Source: Antedon mediterranea (lineage: Eukaryota > Animalia > Echinodermata). From it: a stretch of DNA of 64,000 nucleotides. Each line of letters opens with the position of its first letter. Position 1 is the stretch's first letter. Below the pieces are notes generated by a model. The model worked only from the letters and a program-made list of their open reading frames with translations. It was not told where the DNA came from and ran no database searches. The stretch lies in contig NC_092678.1 in NCBI RefSeq assembly GCF_964355755.1, positions 11,034,352-11,098,351 of the forward strand. The letters run 5' to 3'. Below are positions 30,401 through 45,900 of the stretch, piece by piece. A program made the translations under genes and the position numbers.

Positions 30401-33400
30401 GTGTGAAAAAGTTTTGTCGAAATGCTCAAAATGGTCTAAAACGTTTTTAAAACGATATTAAGCTATTTTGTGCTCTTTGATGTTTTTGTGTAACCAAGTT
30501 TCATCGAAATGAACAAAATGGTCTAAAACGTCTCCAAATGCGATTTGAAGCTTTTCCAAGCACTTTGCTGTTTTTATGTTAACAAGTTTTTTCGAAAATC
30601 ACAAAATGGTCTAAAACGTCTCAAAATGCGATTTGAAGGTATTCTGAGCACTTTGGTGTTTTTGTGTGAAAAGTTTTAACGAAATGCTCAAAATGGTCTA
30701 AAACGGTTCTAATGTGATTTTAAGCACTTTGATGTTTTTGTATAACCAAGTTTCATCGAAATGCTCAAAATGGTCTAAAACGTCTCCAAATGCGATTTAA
30801 AGCTATTCTAGACACTTTGATGTTTTGTGTGAAAAAGTTTTCTCGAAATTCTCAAAATGGTCTAAAACGTTTTCCAATACCATATTAAGCTATTTTGTGC
30901 AATTTGATGTTTTTGTGTAACCAAGTTTTTTCGAAAATCACAAAATTGTCTAAAACGTCTCCGAATGCGATTTGAAGCTCTTCTGTACACTTTGATGTTT
31001 TGTGTGAAAAAGTTTTGTCGAAATGCTCAAAATGGTCTAAAACGTTTTTAAATACGATATTAAGCTGTTTTGTGCACTTTGATGATTTGTTTGAAAAGTT
31101 TTAACGAAATGCTCAAAATGGTCTAAAACGGTTTCTAATGTGATTTTAAGCTCTTTGATGTTTTTGTGTAACCAAGTTTTTTCGAAAATCACAAAATGGT
31201 CTAAAACGTCTCCAAATGCGATTTGAAGCTTTTCTAAGCACTTTGGTGTTTTTATGTTAACAAGTTTTTTCGAAAATCACAAAATGGTCTAAAACGTCTC
31301 TAAATGCGATTTGAAGATATTCTGAGCACTTTGGTGTTTTTATGTTAAAAAGTTTTTTCGAAAATCACAAAATGGTCTAAAACGTCTCCAAATGCGATTT
31401 GAAGCTATTCTGTACACTTTGATGTTTTGTGTGAAAAAGTTTTAACGAAATGCTCAAAATGGTCTAAAACGGTTCTAATGTGATTTTAAGCACTTTGATG
31501 TTTTTGTATAACCAAGTTTCATCGAAATGAACAAAATGGTCTAAAACGTCTCCAAATGCGATTTGAAGCTTTTCCAAGTACTTTGCTGTTTTTATGTTAA
31601 CAAGTTTTTTCGAAAATCACAAAATGGTCTAAAACGTCTCAAAATGCGATTTGAAGGTATTATGAGCACTTTGGTGTTTTTGTGTGAAAAGTTTTAACGA
31701 AATGCTCAAAATGGTCTAAAACGGTTCTAATGTGATTTTAAGCACTTTGATGTTTTTGTATAACCAAGTTTCATCGAAATGCACAAAATGGTCTAAAACG
31801 TCTCCAAATGCGATTTAAAGCTATTCTAGACACTTTGATGTTTTGTGTGAAAAAGTTTTCTCGAAATGCTCAAAATGGTCTAAAACGTTTTCCAATACCA
31901 TATTAAGCTATTTTGTGCAATTTGATGTTTTTGTGTAACCAAGTTTTTTGAAATGCGATTTGAAGATATTCTGAGCACTTTGGTGTTTTTATGTTAAAAA
32001 GTTTTTTCGAAAATCACAAAATGGTCTAAAACGTCTCCAAATGCGATTTGAAGCTATTCTGTACACTTTGATGTTTTGTGTGAAAAAGTTTTAACGAAAT
32101 GCTCAAAATGGTCTAAAACGGTTTCTAATGTGATTTTAAGCACTTTGATGTTTTTGTGTAACCAAGTTTTTTCGAAAATCACAAAATGGTCTAAAACTTC
32201 TCCAAATGCGATTTGAAGCTTTTCTAAGCACTTTGGTGTTTTTATGTTAAAAAGTTTTTTCGAAAATCACAAAATGGTCTAAAACGTCTCCAAATGCGAT
32301 TTGAAGCTATTCTGTACACTTTGATGTTTTGTGTGAAAAAGTTTTGTCGAAATGCTCAAAATGGTCTAAAACGATTTTAAAACGATATTAAGCTATTTTG
32401 TGCTCTTTGATGTTTTTGTGTAACCAAGTTTCATCGATATGAACAAAATGGTCTAAAACGTCTCCAAATGCGATTTGAAGCTTTTCAAAGCACTTTGGTG
32501 TTTTTATGTTAACAAGTTTTTTCGAAAATCACAAAATGGTCTAAAACGTCTCCAAATGCGATTTGAAGCTATTCTGTACACTTTGATGTTTTGTGTGAAA
32601 AAGTATTGTCGAAATGCTCAAAATGGTCTAAAACGTTTTTAAAACGATATTAAGCTATTTTGTGCTCTTTGATGTTTTTGTATAACCAAGTTTTTTCGAA
32701 AATCACAAAATGGTCTAAAACGTCTCCAAATGCGATTTGAAGCTTTTCTAAGCACTTTGGTGTTTTTATGTTAACAAGTTTTTTCGAAAATCACAAAATG
32801 GTCTAAAACGTCTCCAAATGCGATTTGAAGATATTCTGAGCACTTTGGTGTTTTTATGTTAAAAAGTTTTTTCGAAAATCACAAAATGGTCTAAAACGTC
32901 TCCAAATGCGATTTGAAGCTATTCTGTACACTTTGATGTTTTGTGTGAAAAAGTTTTGTCGAAATGCTCAAAATGGTCTAAAACGTTTTTAAAACGATAT
33001 TAAGCTATTTTGTGCTCTGTGATGTTTTTGTGTAACCAAGTTTCATCGATATGAACAAAATGGTCTAAAACGTCTCCAAATGCGATTTGAAGCTTTTCCA
33101 AGCACTTTGCTGTTTTTATGTTAACAAGTTTTTTCGAAAATCACAAAATGGTCTAAAACGTTTCCAAATGCGATTTGAAGATATTCTGAGCACTTTGGTG
33201 TTTTTATGTTAAAAATTTTTTTCGAAAATCACAAAATGGTCTAAAACGTCTCCAAATGCGATTTGAAGCTATTCTGTACACTTTGATGTTTTGTGTGAAA
33301 AAGTTTTTTCGAAATGCTCAAAATGGTCTAAAACGTTTTTAAAACGATATTAAGCTATTTTGTGCTCTTTGATGTTTTTGTGTAACCAAGTTTCATCGAA

Positions 33401-36400
33401 ATGAACAAAATGGTCTAAAACGTCTCCAAATGCGATTTGAAGCTTTTCCAAGCACTTTGCTGTTTTTATGTTAACAAGTTTTTTCGAAAATCACAAAATG
33501 GTCTAAAACGTCTCAAAATGCGATTTGAAGGTATTCTGAGCACTTTGGTGTTTTTGTGTGAAAAGTTTTAACGAAATGCTCAAAATGGTCTAAAACGGTT
33601 CTAATGTGATTTTAAGCACTTTGATGTTTTTGTATAACCAAGTTTCATCGAAATGCACAAAATGGTCTAAAACGTCTCCAAATGCGATTTAAAGCTATTC
33701 TAGACACTTTGATGTTTTGTGTGAAAAAGTTTTCTCGAAATGCTCAAAATGGTCTAAAACGTCTCCAAATGCGATTTGAAGATATTCTGAGCACTTTGGT
33801 GTTTTTATGTTAAAAAGTTTTTTCGAAAATCACAAAATGGTCTAAAACGTCTCCAAATGCGATTTGAAGCTATTCTGTACACTTTGATGTTTTGTGTGAA
33901 AAAGTTTTGTCGAAATGCTCAAAATGGTCTAAAACGTTTTTAAAACGATATTAAGCTATTTTGTGCTCTTTGATGTTTTTGTGTAACCAAGTTTCATCGA
34001 TATGAACAAAATGGTCTAAAACGTCTCCAAATGCGATTTGAAGCTTTTCCAAGCACTTTGCTGTTTTTATGTTAACAAGTTTTTTCGAAAATCACAAAAT
34101 GGTCTAAAACGTCTCAAAATGCGATTTGAAGGTATTCTGAGCACTTTGGTGTTTTTTTGTGAAAAGTTTTAACGAAATGCTCAAAATGGTCTAAAACGGT
34201 TTCTAATGTGATTTTAAGCACTTTGATGCTTTTGTATAACCAAGTTTCATCGAAATGCACAAAATGGTCTAAAACGTCTCCAAATGCGATTTAAAGCTAT
34301 TCTAGACACTTTGATGTTTTGTGTGAAAAAGTTTTCTCGAAATGCTCAAAATGGTCTAAAACGTTTTCCAATACCATATTAAGCTATTTTGTGCAATTTG
34401 ATGTTTTTGTGTAACCAAGTTTTTTCGAAAATCACAAAATTGTCTAAAACGTCTCCGAATGCGATTTGAAGCTCTTCTGTACACTTTGATGTTTTGTGTG
34501 AACAAGTTTTGTCGAAATGCTCAAAATGGTCTAAAACGTTTTTAAATACGATATTAAGCTGTTTTGTGCACTTTGATGTTTTTGTGTAACCAAGTTTCAT
34601 CGAAATGATCAAAATGGTCTAAAACGTCTCCAAATGCGATTTGAAGCTTTTCCAAGCACTTTGCTGTTTTTATGTTAACAAGTTTTTTCGAAAATCACAA
34701 AATGGTCTAAATCGTCTCAAAATGCGATTTGAAGGTATTCTGAGCACTTTGGTGTTTTTGTGAGAAAAGTTTTAACGAAATGCTCAAAATGGTCTAAAAC
34801 GGTTTCTAATGTGATTTTAAGCACTTTGATGTTTTTGTATAACCAAGTTTCATCGAAATGCACAAAATGGTCTAAAACGTCTCCAAATGCGATTTGAAGC
34901 TTTTCTAAGCACTTTGGTGTTTTTATGTTAAAAAGTTTTTTCGAAAATCACAAAATGGTCTAAAACGTCTCCAAATGCGATTTGAAGCTCTTCTGTACAC
35001 TTTGATGTTTTGTGTGAAAAAGTTTCATCGAAATGCACAAAATGGTCTAAAACGTCTCCAAATGCGATTTAAAGCTATTCTAGACACTTTGATGTTTTGT
35101 GTGAAAAAGTTTTCTCGAAATGCTCAAAATGGTCTAAAACGTCTCTAAATGCGATTTGAAGATATTCTGAGCACTTTGGTGTTTTTATGTTAAAAAGTTT
35201 TTTCGAAAATCACAAATTGGTCTAAAACGTCTCCAAATGCGATTTGAAGCTATTCTGTACACTTTGATGTTTTGTGTGAAAAAGTTTTGTCGAAATGCTC
35301 AAAATGGTCTAAAACGTTTTTAAAACGATATTAAGCTATTTTGTGCTCTTTGATGTTTTTGTATAACCAAGTTTTTTCGAAAATCACAAAATGGTCTAAA
35401 ACGTCTCCAAATGCGATTTGAAGCTTTTCCAAGCACTTTGCTGTTTTTATGTTAACAAGTTTTTTCGAAAATCACAAAATGGTCTAAAACGTCTCAAAAT
35501 GCGATTTGAAGGTATTCTGAGCACTTTAGTGTTTTTGTGTGAAAAGTTTTAACGAAATGCTCAAAATGGTCTAAAACGGTTTCTAATGTGATTTTAAGCA
35601 CTTTGATGTTTTTGTATAACCAAGTTTCATCGAAATGCACAAAATGGTCTAAAACGTCTCCAAATGCGATTTAAAGCTATTCTAGAAACTTTGATGTTTT
35701 GTGTGAAAAAGTTTTCTCGAAATGCTCAAAATGGTCTAAAACGTCTCCAAATGCGATTTGAAGATATTCTGAGCACTTTGGTGTTTTTATGTTAAAAAGT
35801 TTTTTCGAAAATCACAAAATGGTCTAAAACGTCTCCAAATGCGATTTGAAGCTATTCTGTACACTTTGATGTTTTGTGTGAAAAAGTTTTGTCGAAATGC
35901 TCAAAATGGTCTAAAACGTTTTTAAATACGATATTAAGCTTTTTTGTGCACTTTGATGATTTGTGTGAAAAGTTTTAACGAAATGCTCAAAATGGTCTAA
36001 AACGGTTTCTAATGTGATTTTAAGCTCTTTGATGTTTTTGTGTAACCAAGTTTTTTTTCGAAAATCACAAAATGGTCTAAAACGTCTCCAAATGCGATTT
36101 GAAGCTTTTCTAAGCACTTTGTTATTTTTATGTTAACAAGTTTTTTCGAAAATCACAAAATGGTCTAAAACGTCTCCAAATGCGATTTGAAGATATTCTG
36201 AGCACTTTGGTGTTTTTATGTTAAAAAGTTTTTTCGAAAATCACAAAATGATCTAAAACGTCTCCAAATGCAATTTGAAGCTATTCTGTACACTTTGATG
36301 TTTTGTGTGAAAAAGTTTTAACGAAATGCTCAAAATGGTCTAAAACGGTTCTAATGTGATTTTAAGCACTTTGATGTTTTTATATAACCAAGTTTCATCG

Positions 36401-36970
36401 AAATGCACAAAATGGTCTAAAACGTTTCCAAATGCGATTTAAAGCTATTCTAGACACTTTGATGTTTTGTGTGAAAAAGTTTTCTCGAAATGCTCAAAAT
36501 GGTCTAAAACGTTTTCCAATACCATATTAAGCTATTTTGTGCAATTTGATGTTTTTGTGTAACCAAGTTTTTTCGAAAATCACAAAATTGTCTAAAACGT
36601 CTCCGAATGCGATTTAAAGCTCTTCTGTACACTTTGATGTTTTGTGTGAAAAAGTTTTGTCGAAATGCTCAAAATGGTCTAAAACGTTTTTAAATACGAT
36701 ATTAAGCTGTTTTGTGCACTTTGATGTTTTTGTGTAACCAAGTTTCATCGAAATGAACAAAATGGTCTAAAACGTCTCCAAATGCGATTTGAAGCTTTTT
36801 CAAGCACTTTGCTGTTTTTATGTTAACAAGTTTTTTCGAAAATCACAAAATTGTCTAAAACGTCTCAAAATGCGATTTGAAGGTATTCTGAGCACTTTGG
36901 TGTTTTTGTGTGAAAAGTTTTAACGAAATGCTCAAAATGGTTTAAAACGGTTTCTAATGTGATTTTAAGC
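21427..36970. repeat. Sat88 tandem satellite, ~77-88-bp monomers of several subtypes sharing AAAATGGTCTAAAACG
   Basis: AAAATGGTCTAAAACG recurs every ~77-88 bp (e.g. 88-bp period from 23941 to 24029). Subtypes differ after the core (TCTCCAAATGCGATTTGAAG, GTTCTAATGTGATTTTAAG, TTTTTAAAACGATATTAAG, TTTTCCAATACCATATTAAG). Confidence 0.97.
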
Positions 36971-39900
36971 TTGAACGAAAAAAAATGATTTATTACTGGC
37001 CATTGTATTGAGTTGTACCATTGAAAGGAACAAAATGATTAATTACTGGCCATTTTATTGAGTTGGAACAAAATGATTAATTACTAACCATTTTATTGAG
37101 TTGTACCATTGAACGGAACAAAATGAATAATTATTGGCCATTGTATTGAGTTGTACCATTGAATGGAACAAATTGATTAATTACTGGCCATTGTATTGAG
37201 TTGTACTATTGAATGGAACAAAATGATTAATTACTAACCATTGTATTGAGTTGTACTATTGAATGGAACAAAATGATTAATTACTGGCCTTTGTATTGAG
37301 TTGTACCATTGAATGGAACAAAATGATTAATTACTGGCCATTGTATTGAGTTGTACCATTGAATGGAACAAAATGATTAATTACTGGCCATTGTATTGAG
37401 TTATACCATTGAATGGAACAAAATGATTAATTACTTTCCATTGTATTGAGTTGTACCATTGAATGGAACAAAATGATTAATTGCTGGCTATTGTATTGAG
37501 TTGTACCATTGAATGGAACAAATTGATTACTTACTGGCCATTGTATTGAGTTGTACCATTGAATGGAACAAATGATTAATTACTGGCCATTGTATTGAGT
37601 TGTATCATTGAATGGAACAAAATGATTAATTACTGGCCATTGTATTGAGTTGTACCATTGAAAGGAACAAAATGACTAATTACTGGCCATTGTATTGAGT
37701 TGTACCATTGAATGGAACAAAATGATTAATTACTGGCCATTGTATTGAGTTGTACCATTGAATGGAACAAAATAATTAATTACTGGCCATTGTATTGAGT
37801 TGTACCATTGAATGGAACAAAATGATTGATTACTGGCCATTGTATTGAGTTGTACCATTGAACGGAACAAAATAATTAATTACTGGCCATTGTATTGAGT
37901 TGTACCATTGAAAGGAACAAAATGATTAATTACTGGCCATTGTATTGAGTTGTACCATTGAATTGAACAAAATGATTAATTACTGGCCATTTTATTGAGT
38001 TGTACCATTGAATTGAACAAAATGATTAATTACTGGCCATTGTATTGAGTTGTACCATTGAATTGAACAAAATGATTAATTACTGGCCATTGTATTGAGT
38101 TGTACCATTGAATGGAACGAAATGATTAATTATTAGCCATTGTATTGAGTTGTACCATTGAATGGAACAAAATGATTGATTACTGGCCATTGTATTGAGT
38201 TGTACCATTGAATGGAACAAAATGATTAATTACTAACCATTTTATTGAGTTGTACCATTGAATGGAACAAAATGAATAATTATTGGCCATTGTATTGAGT
38301 TGTACAATTGAATGGAACAAAATGATTAATTACTAACCATTTTATTGAGTTGTACCATTGAATGGAACAAAATGAATAATTATTGGCCATTGTATTGAGT
38401 TGTACCATTGAATGGAACAAATTGATTAATTACTGGCCATTGTATTGAGTTGTACTATTGAATGGAACAAAATGATTAATTACTAACCATTGTATTGAGT
38501 TGTACTATTGAATGGAACAAAATGATTAATTACTGGCCTTTGTATTGAGTTGTACCATTGAATGGAACAAAATGATTAATTACTGGCCATTGTATTGAGT
38601 TGTACCATTGAATGGAACAAAATGATTAATTACTGGCCATTGTATTGAGTTGTACCATTGAATGGAACAAAATGATTAATTACTTTCCATTGTATTGAGT
38701 TGTACCATTGAATGGAACAAAATGATTAATTGCTGGCTATTGTATTGAGTTGTACCATTGAATGGAACAAATTGATTACTTACTGGCCATTGTATTGAGT
38801 TGTACCATTGAATGGAACAAAATCATTAATTACTGGCCATTGTATTGAGTTGTACCATTGAATGGAACAAAATGATTAATTACTGGCCATTGTATTGAGT
38901 TGTAACATTGAAGGGACAAAATGATTAATTGATTGATTAATAATGAGTATGAAATAAAATAAAAAAATAAAAATTGTATTGAGTTGTACCATAGAATGGA
39001 ACAAAATGATTAGTTACTGGCCATTGTATTGAGTTGTACCATTGAATGGAACAAAATGATTAAATACTGGCCATTGTATTGAGTTGTACCATTGAATGGA
39101 ACAAAATGATTAATTACTAACCATTGTATTGAGTTGTACCATTGAATGGAATAAAATGATTAATTACTGGCCATTGTATTGAGTTGTACCATTGAATGGA
39201 ACAAAATGATTAATTACTGGCCATTGTATTGAGTTGTACCATTGAATTGAACAAAATGATTAATTACTGGCCATTGTATTGAGTTGTACCATTGAATGGA
39301 ACAAAATGATTAATTGCTGGCCATTATATTGAGTTGTACCATTGAATGGAACAAAATGATTGATTACAGGCCATTGTATTGAGTAGTACCATTGAATGGA
39401 ACAAAATGATTAATTACTGGCCATTGTATTGAATTGTACCATTGAATGGAACAAAATGATTATTTACTGGCCATTGTATTGAGTTGTATAATTGAATGGA
39501 ACAAAATCATTAATTACTGGCCATTGTATTGAGTTGTACCATTGAATGGAACAAAATGATTAATTGATTGATTAATAATGAGTATGAAATAAAATAAAAA
39601 AATAAAAATTGTATTGAGTTGTACCATTGAATGGAACAAAATGATTAGTTACTGGCCATTGTATTGAGTTGTACCATTAAATGGAACAAAATGATTAATT
39701 GCTGGCCATTGTATTGAGTTGTACCATTGAATGGAACAAAATGATTAATTACTGGCCATTGTATTGAGTTGTACCATTGAATGGAACAAAATGATTATTT
39801 ACTAACCATTGTATTGAGTTGTACCATTGAATGGAACAAAATGATTTATTACTTGCCTTTGTATTGAGTTGTACCATTGAATGGAACAAAATGATTAATT

Positions 39901-42900
39901 GCTTTTTCCTTTTTTTTAATTTATTTGGCATCTGGCCATTGTATTGAGTTGTACCATTGAATGGAACAAAATGATTAATTACTGGCCATTGTATTGAGTT
40001 GTACCATTGAATGGAACAAAATGATTAATTACTGGCCATTGCATTGAGTTGTACCATTGAATGGAACAAAATGATTAATTACTGGCCATTGCATTGAGTT
40101 GTACCATTGAATGGAACAAAATGATTAGTTACTGGCCATTGTATTGAGTTGTACCATTGAATGGAACAAAATGATTAATTACTGGCCATTGTATTGAGTT
40201 GTACCATTGAATGGAACAAAATGATTAATTACTGGCCATTGCATTGAGCTGTTCAATTGAATGGAACAAAATGATTAATTACTGGCCATTGCATTGAGTT
40301 GTACCATTGAATGGAACAAAATGATTAATTACTGGCCATTGTATTGAGTTGTACCATTGAATGGAACAAAATGATTAATTACTGGCCATTGCATTGAGTT
40401 GTACCATAGAATGGAACAAAATGATTAATTACTGGCCATTGTATTGAGTTGTACCATTGAATGGAACAAAATGATTAATTATTGGCCATTGTATTGAGTT
40501 GTACTATTGAATGGAACAAAATGATTAATTACTGGCCATTGTATTGAGTTGTACCATTGAATGGAACAAAATGATTAATTACTGGCCATTGTATTGAGTT
40601 GTACCATTGAATGGAACAAAATGATTAGTTACTGGCCATTGTATTGAGTTGTACCATTGAATGGAACAAAATGATTAATTACTGGCCATTGTATTGAGTT
40701 GTACCATTGAATGGAACAAAATGATTAATTACTGGCCATTGCATTGAGCTGTTCCATTGAATGGAACAAAATGATTAATTACTGGCCATTGGATTGAGTT
40801 GTACCATTGAATGGAACAAAATGATTAATTACTGGCCATTGTATTGAGTTGTACCATTGAATGGAACAAAATGATTAATTGCTTTTTCCTTTTTTTTTTC
40901 ATTTATTTGGCATCTGGCCATTGTATTGAGTTGTACCATTGAATGGAACAAAATGATTAATTACTGGCCATTGTATTGAGTTGTACCATTGAATGGAACA
41001 AAATGATTAATTACTGGCCATTGCATTGAGTTGTACCATTGAATGGAACAAAATGATTAATTACTGGCCATTGTATTGAGTTGTACCATTGAATGGAACA
41101 AAATGATTAATTATTGGCCATTGTATTGAGTTGTACTATTGAATGGAACAAAATGATTAATTACTGGCCATTGCATTGAGTTGTACCATTGAAAGGAACA
41201 AAATGATTAATTACTGGCCATTGTATTGAGTTGTACCATTGAATGGAACAAAATGATTAATTACTGGCCATTGTATTGAGTTGTACCATTGAATGGAACA
41301 AAATGATTAATTTCTGGCCTTTGTATTGAGTTGTACCATTGAATTGAACAAAATGATTAATTACTAGCCATTGTATTGAGTTGTACCATTGAATGGAACA
41401 AAATGATTAATTGCTGGCCATTATATTGAGTTGTACCATTGAATCGAACAAAATGATTGATTACAGGCCATTGTATTGAGTTGTACCATTGAATGGAACA
41501 AAATGATTAATTACTGGCCATTGTATTGAGTTGTACCATTGAATGGAACAAAATGATTAATTACTGGCCATTTTATTGAGTTGGAACAAAATGATTAATT
41601 ACTAACCATTTTATTGAGTTGTACCATTGAATGGAACAAAATGAATAATTATTGGCCATTGTATTGAGTTGTACCATTGAATGGAACAAATTGATTAATT
41701 ACTGGCCATTGTATTGAGTTGTACTATTGAATGGAACAAAATGATTAATTACTAACCATTGTATTGAGTTGTACTATTGAATGGAACAAAATGATTAATT
41801 ACTGGCCTTTGTATTGAGTTGTACCATTGAATGGAACAAAATGATTAATTACTGGCCATTGTATTGAGTTGTACCATTGAATGGAACAAAATGATTAATT
41901 ACTGGCCATTGTATTGAGTTATACCATTGAATGGAACAAAATGATTAATTACTTTCCATTGTATTGAGTTGTACCATTGAATGGAACAAAATGATTAATT
42001 GCTGGCTATTGTATTGAGTTGTACCATTGAATGGAACAAATTGATTACTTACTGGCCATTGTATTGAGTTGTACCATTGAATGGAACAAATGATTAATTA
42101 CTGGCCATTGTATTGAGTTGTATCATTGAATGGAACAAAATGATTAATTACTGGCCATTGTATTGAGTTGTACCATTGAAAGGAACAAAATGACTAATTA
42201 CTGGCCATTGTATTGAGTTGTACCATTGAATGGAACAAAATGATTAATTACTGGCCATTGTATTGAGTTGTACCATTGAATGGAACAAAATAATTAATTA
42301 CTGGCCATTGTATTGAGTTGTACCATTGAATGGAACAAAATGATTGATTACTGGCCATTGTATTGAGTTGTACCATTGAACGGAACAAAATAATTAATTA
42401 CTGGCCATTGTATTGAGTTGTACCATTGAAAGGAACAAAATGATTAATTACTGGCCATTGTATTGAGTTGTACCATTGAATTGAACAAAATGATTAATTA
42501 CTGGCCATTTTATTGAGTTGTACCATTGAATTGAACAAAATGATTAATTACTGGCCATTGTATTGAGTTGTACCATTGAATTGAACAAAATGATTAATTA
42601 CTGGCCATTGTATTGAGTTGTACCATTGAATGGAACGAAATGATTAATTATTAGCCATTGTATTGAGTTGTACCATTGAATGGAACAAAATGATTGATTA
42701 CTGGCCATTGTATTGAGTTGTACCATTGAATGGAACAAAATGATTAATTACTAACCATTTTATTGAGTTGTACCATTGAATGGAACAAAATGAATAATTA
42801 TTGGCCATTGTATTGAGTTGTACAATTGAATGGAACAAAATGATTAATTACTAACCATTTTATTGAGTTGTACCATTGAATGGAACAAAATGAATAATTA

Positions 42901-45900
42901 TTGGCCATTGTATTGAGTTGTACCATTGAATGGAACAAATTGATTAATTACTGGCCATTGTATTGAGTTGTACTATTGAATGGAACAAAATGATTAATTA
43001 CTAACCATTGTATTGAGTTGTACTATTGAATGGAACAAAATGATTAATTACTGGCCTTTGTATTGAGTTGTACCATTGAATGGAACAAAATGATTAATTA
43101 CTGGCCATTGTATTGAGTTGTACCATTGAATGGAACAAAATGATTAATTACTGGCCATTGTATTGAGTTGTACCATTGAATGGAACAAAATGATTAATTA
43201 CTTTCCATTGTATTGAGTTGTACCATTGAATGGAACAAAATGATTAATTGCTGGCTATTGTATTGAGTTGTACCATTGAATGGAACAAATTGATTACTTA
43301 CTGGCCATTGTATTGAGTTGTACCATTGAATGGAACAAAATCATTAATTACTGGCCATTGTATTGAGTTGTACCATTGAATGGAACAAAATGATTAATTA
43401 CTGGCCATTGTATTGAGTTGTAACATTGAAGGGACAAAATGATTAATTGATTGATTAATAATGAGTATGAAATAAAATAAAAAAATAAAAATTGTATTGA
43501 GTTGTACCATAGAATGGAACAAAATGATTAGTTACTGGCCATTGTATTGAGTTGTACCATTGAATGGAACAAAATGATTAAATACTGGCCATTGTATTGA
43601 GTTGTACCATTGAATGGAACAAAATGATTAATTACTAACCATTGTATTGAGTTGTACCATTGAATGGAATAAAATGATTAATTACTGGCCATTGTATTGA
43701 GTTGTACCATTGAATGGAACAAAATGATTAATTACTGGCCATTGTATTGAGTTGTACCATTGAATTGAACAAAATGATTAATTACTGGCCATTGTATTGA
43801 GTTGTACCATTGAATGGAACAAAATGATTAATTGCTGGCCATTATATTGAGTTGTACCATTGAATGGAACAAAATGATTGATTACAGGCCATTGTATTGA
43901 GTAGTACCATTGAATGGAACAAAATGATTAATTACTGGCCATTGTATTGAATTGTACCATTGAATGGAACAAAATGATTATTTACTGGCCATTGTATTGA
44001 GTTGTATAATTGAATTGAACAAAATCATTAATTACTGGCCATTGTATTGAGTTGTACCATTGAATGGAACAAAATGATTAATTGATTGATTAATAATGAG
44101 TATGAAATAAAATAAAAAAATAAAAATTGTATTGAGTTGTACCATTGAATGGAACAAAATGATTAGTTACTGGCCATTGTATTGAGTTGTACCATTAAAT
44201 GGAACAAAATGATTAATTGCTGGCCATTGTATTGAGTTGTACCATTGAATGGAACAAAATGATTAATTACTGGCCATTGTATTGAGTTGTACCATTGAAT
44301 GGAACAAAATGATTATTTACTAACCATTGTATTGAGTTGTACCATTGAATGGAACAAAATGATTTATTACTTGCCTTTGTATTGAGTTGTACCATTGAAT
44401 GGAACAAAATGATTAATTGCTTTTTCCTTTTTTTTAATTTATTTGGCATCTGGCCATTGTATTGAGTTGTACCATTGAATGGAACAAAATGATTAATTAC
44501 TGTCCATTGTATTGAGTTGTACCATTGAATGGAACAAAATGATTAATTACTGGCCATTGCATTGAGTTGTACCATTGAATGGAACAAAATGATTAATTAC
44601 TGGCCATTGCATTGAGTTGTACCATTGAATGGAACAAAATGATTAGTTACTGGCCATTGTATTGAGTTGTACCATTGAATGGAACAAAATGATTAATTAC
44701 TGGCCATTGTATTGAGTTGTACCATTGAATGGAACAAAATGATTAATTACTGGCCATTGCATTGAGCTGTTCAATTGAATGGAACAAAATGATTAATTAC
44801 TGGCCATTGCATTGAGTTGTACCATTGAATGGAACAAAATGATTAATTACTGGCCATTGTATTGAGTTGTACCATTGAATGGAACAAAATGATTAATTAC
44901 TGGCCATTGCATTGAGTTGTACCATAGAATGGAACAAAATGATTAATTACTGGCCATTGTATTGAGTTGTACCATTGAATGGAACAAAATGATTAATTAT
45001 TGGCCATTGTATTGAGTTGTACTATTGAATGGAACAAAATGATTAATTACTGGCCATTGTATTGAGTTGTACCATTGAATGGAACAAAATGATTAATTAC
45101 TGGCCATTGTATTGAGTTGTACCATTGAATGGAACAAAATGATTAGTTACTGGCCATTGTATTGAGTTGTACCATTGAATGGAACAAAATGATTAATTAC
45201 TGGCCATTGTATTGAGTTGTACCATTGAATGGAACAAAATGATTAATTACTGGCCATTGCATTGAGCTGTTCCATTGAATGGAACAAAATGATTAATTAC
45301 TGGCCATTGGATTGAGTTGTACCATTGAATGGAACAAAATGATTAATTACTGGCCATTGTATTGAGTTGTACCATTGAATGGAACAAAATGATTAATTGC
45401 TTTTTCCTTTTTTTTTTCATTTATTTGGCATCTGGCCATTGTATTGAGTTGTACCATTGAATGGAACAAAATGATTAATTACTGGCCATTGTATTGAGTT
45501 GTACCATTGAATGGAACAAAATGATTAATTACTGGCCATTGCATTGAGTTGTACCATTGAATGGAACAAAATGATTAATTACTGGCCATTGTATTGAGTT
45601 GTACCATTGAATGGAACAAAATGATTAATTATTGGCCATTGTATTGAGTTGTACTATTGAATGGAACAAAATGATTAATTACTGGCCATTGCATTGAGTT
45701 GTACCATTGAAAGGAACAAAATGATTAATTACTGGCCATTGTATTGAGTTGTACCATTGAATGGAACAAAATGATTAATTACTGGCCATTGTATTGAGTT
45801 GTACCATTGAATGGAACAAAATGATTAATTTCTGGCCTTTGTATTGAGTTGTACCATTGAATTGAACAAAATGATTAATTACTAGCCATTGTATTGAGTT

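Noticed and set aside
22444-36117. Short ORFs in Sat88
   Set aside because: Chance open frames in satellite monomers.
21427-36970. CENP-B box in Sat88, and common ancestry with Sat185 via TTTTCGAAAA
   Set aside because: TTCG is present but the downstream CGGG core is absent. The shared palindrome is short and low-complexity, which is insufficient to infer homology.
2251-44449. Ten near-identical 60-aa ORFs (MPNKLKKRKK...)
   Set aside because: They arise from the ATG in the T-rich variant monomer read through Sat50. The peptide simply cycles through the three frames of the 50-bp unit, and there is no coding evidence.
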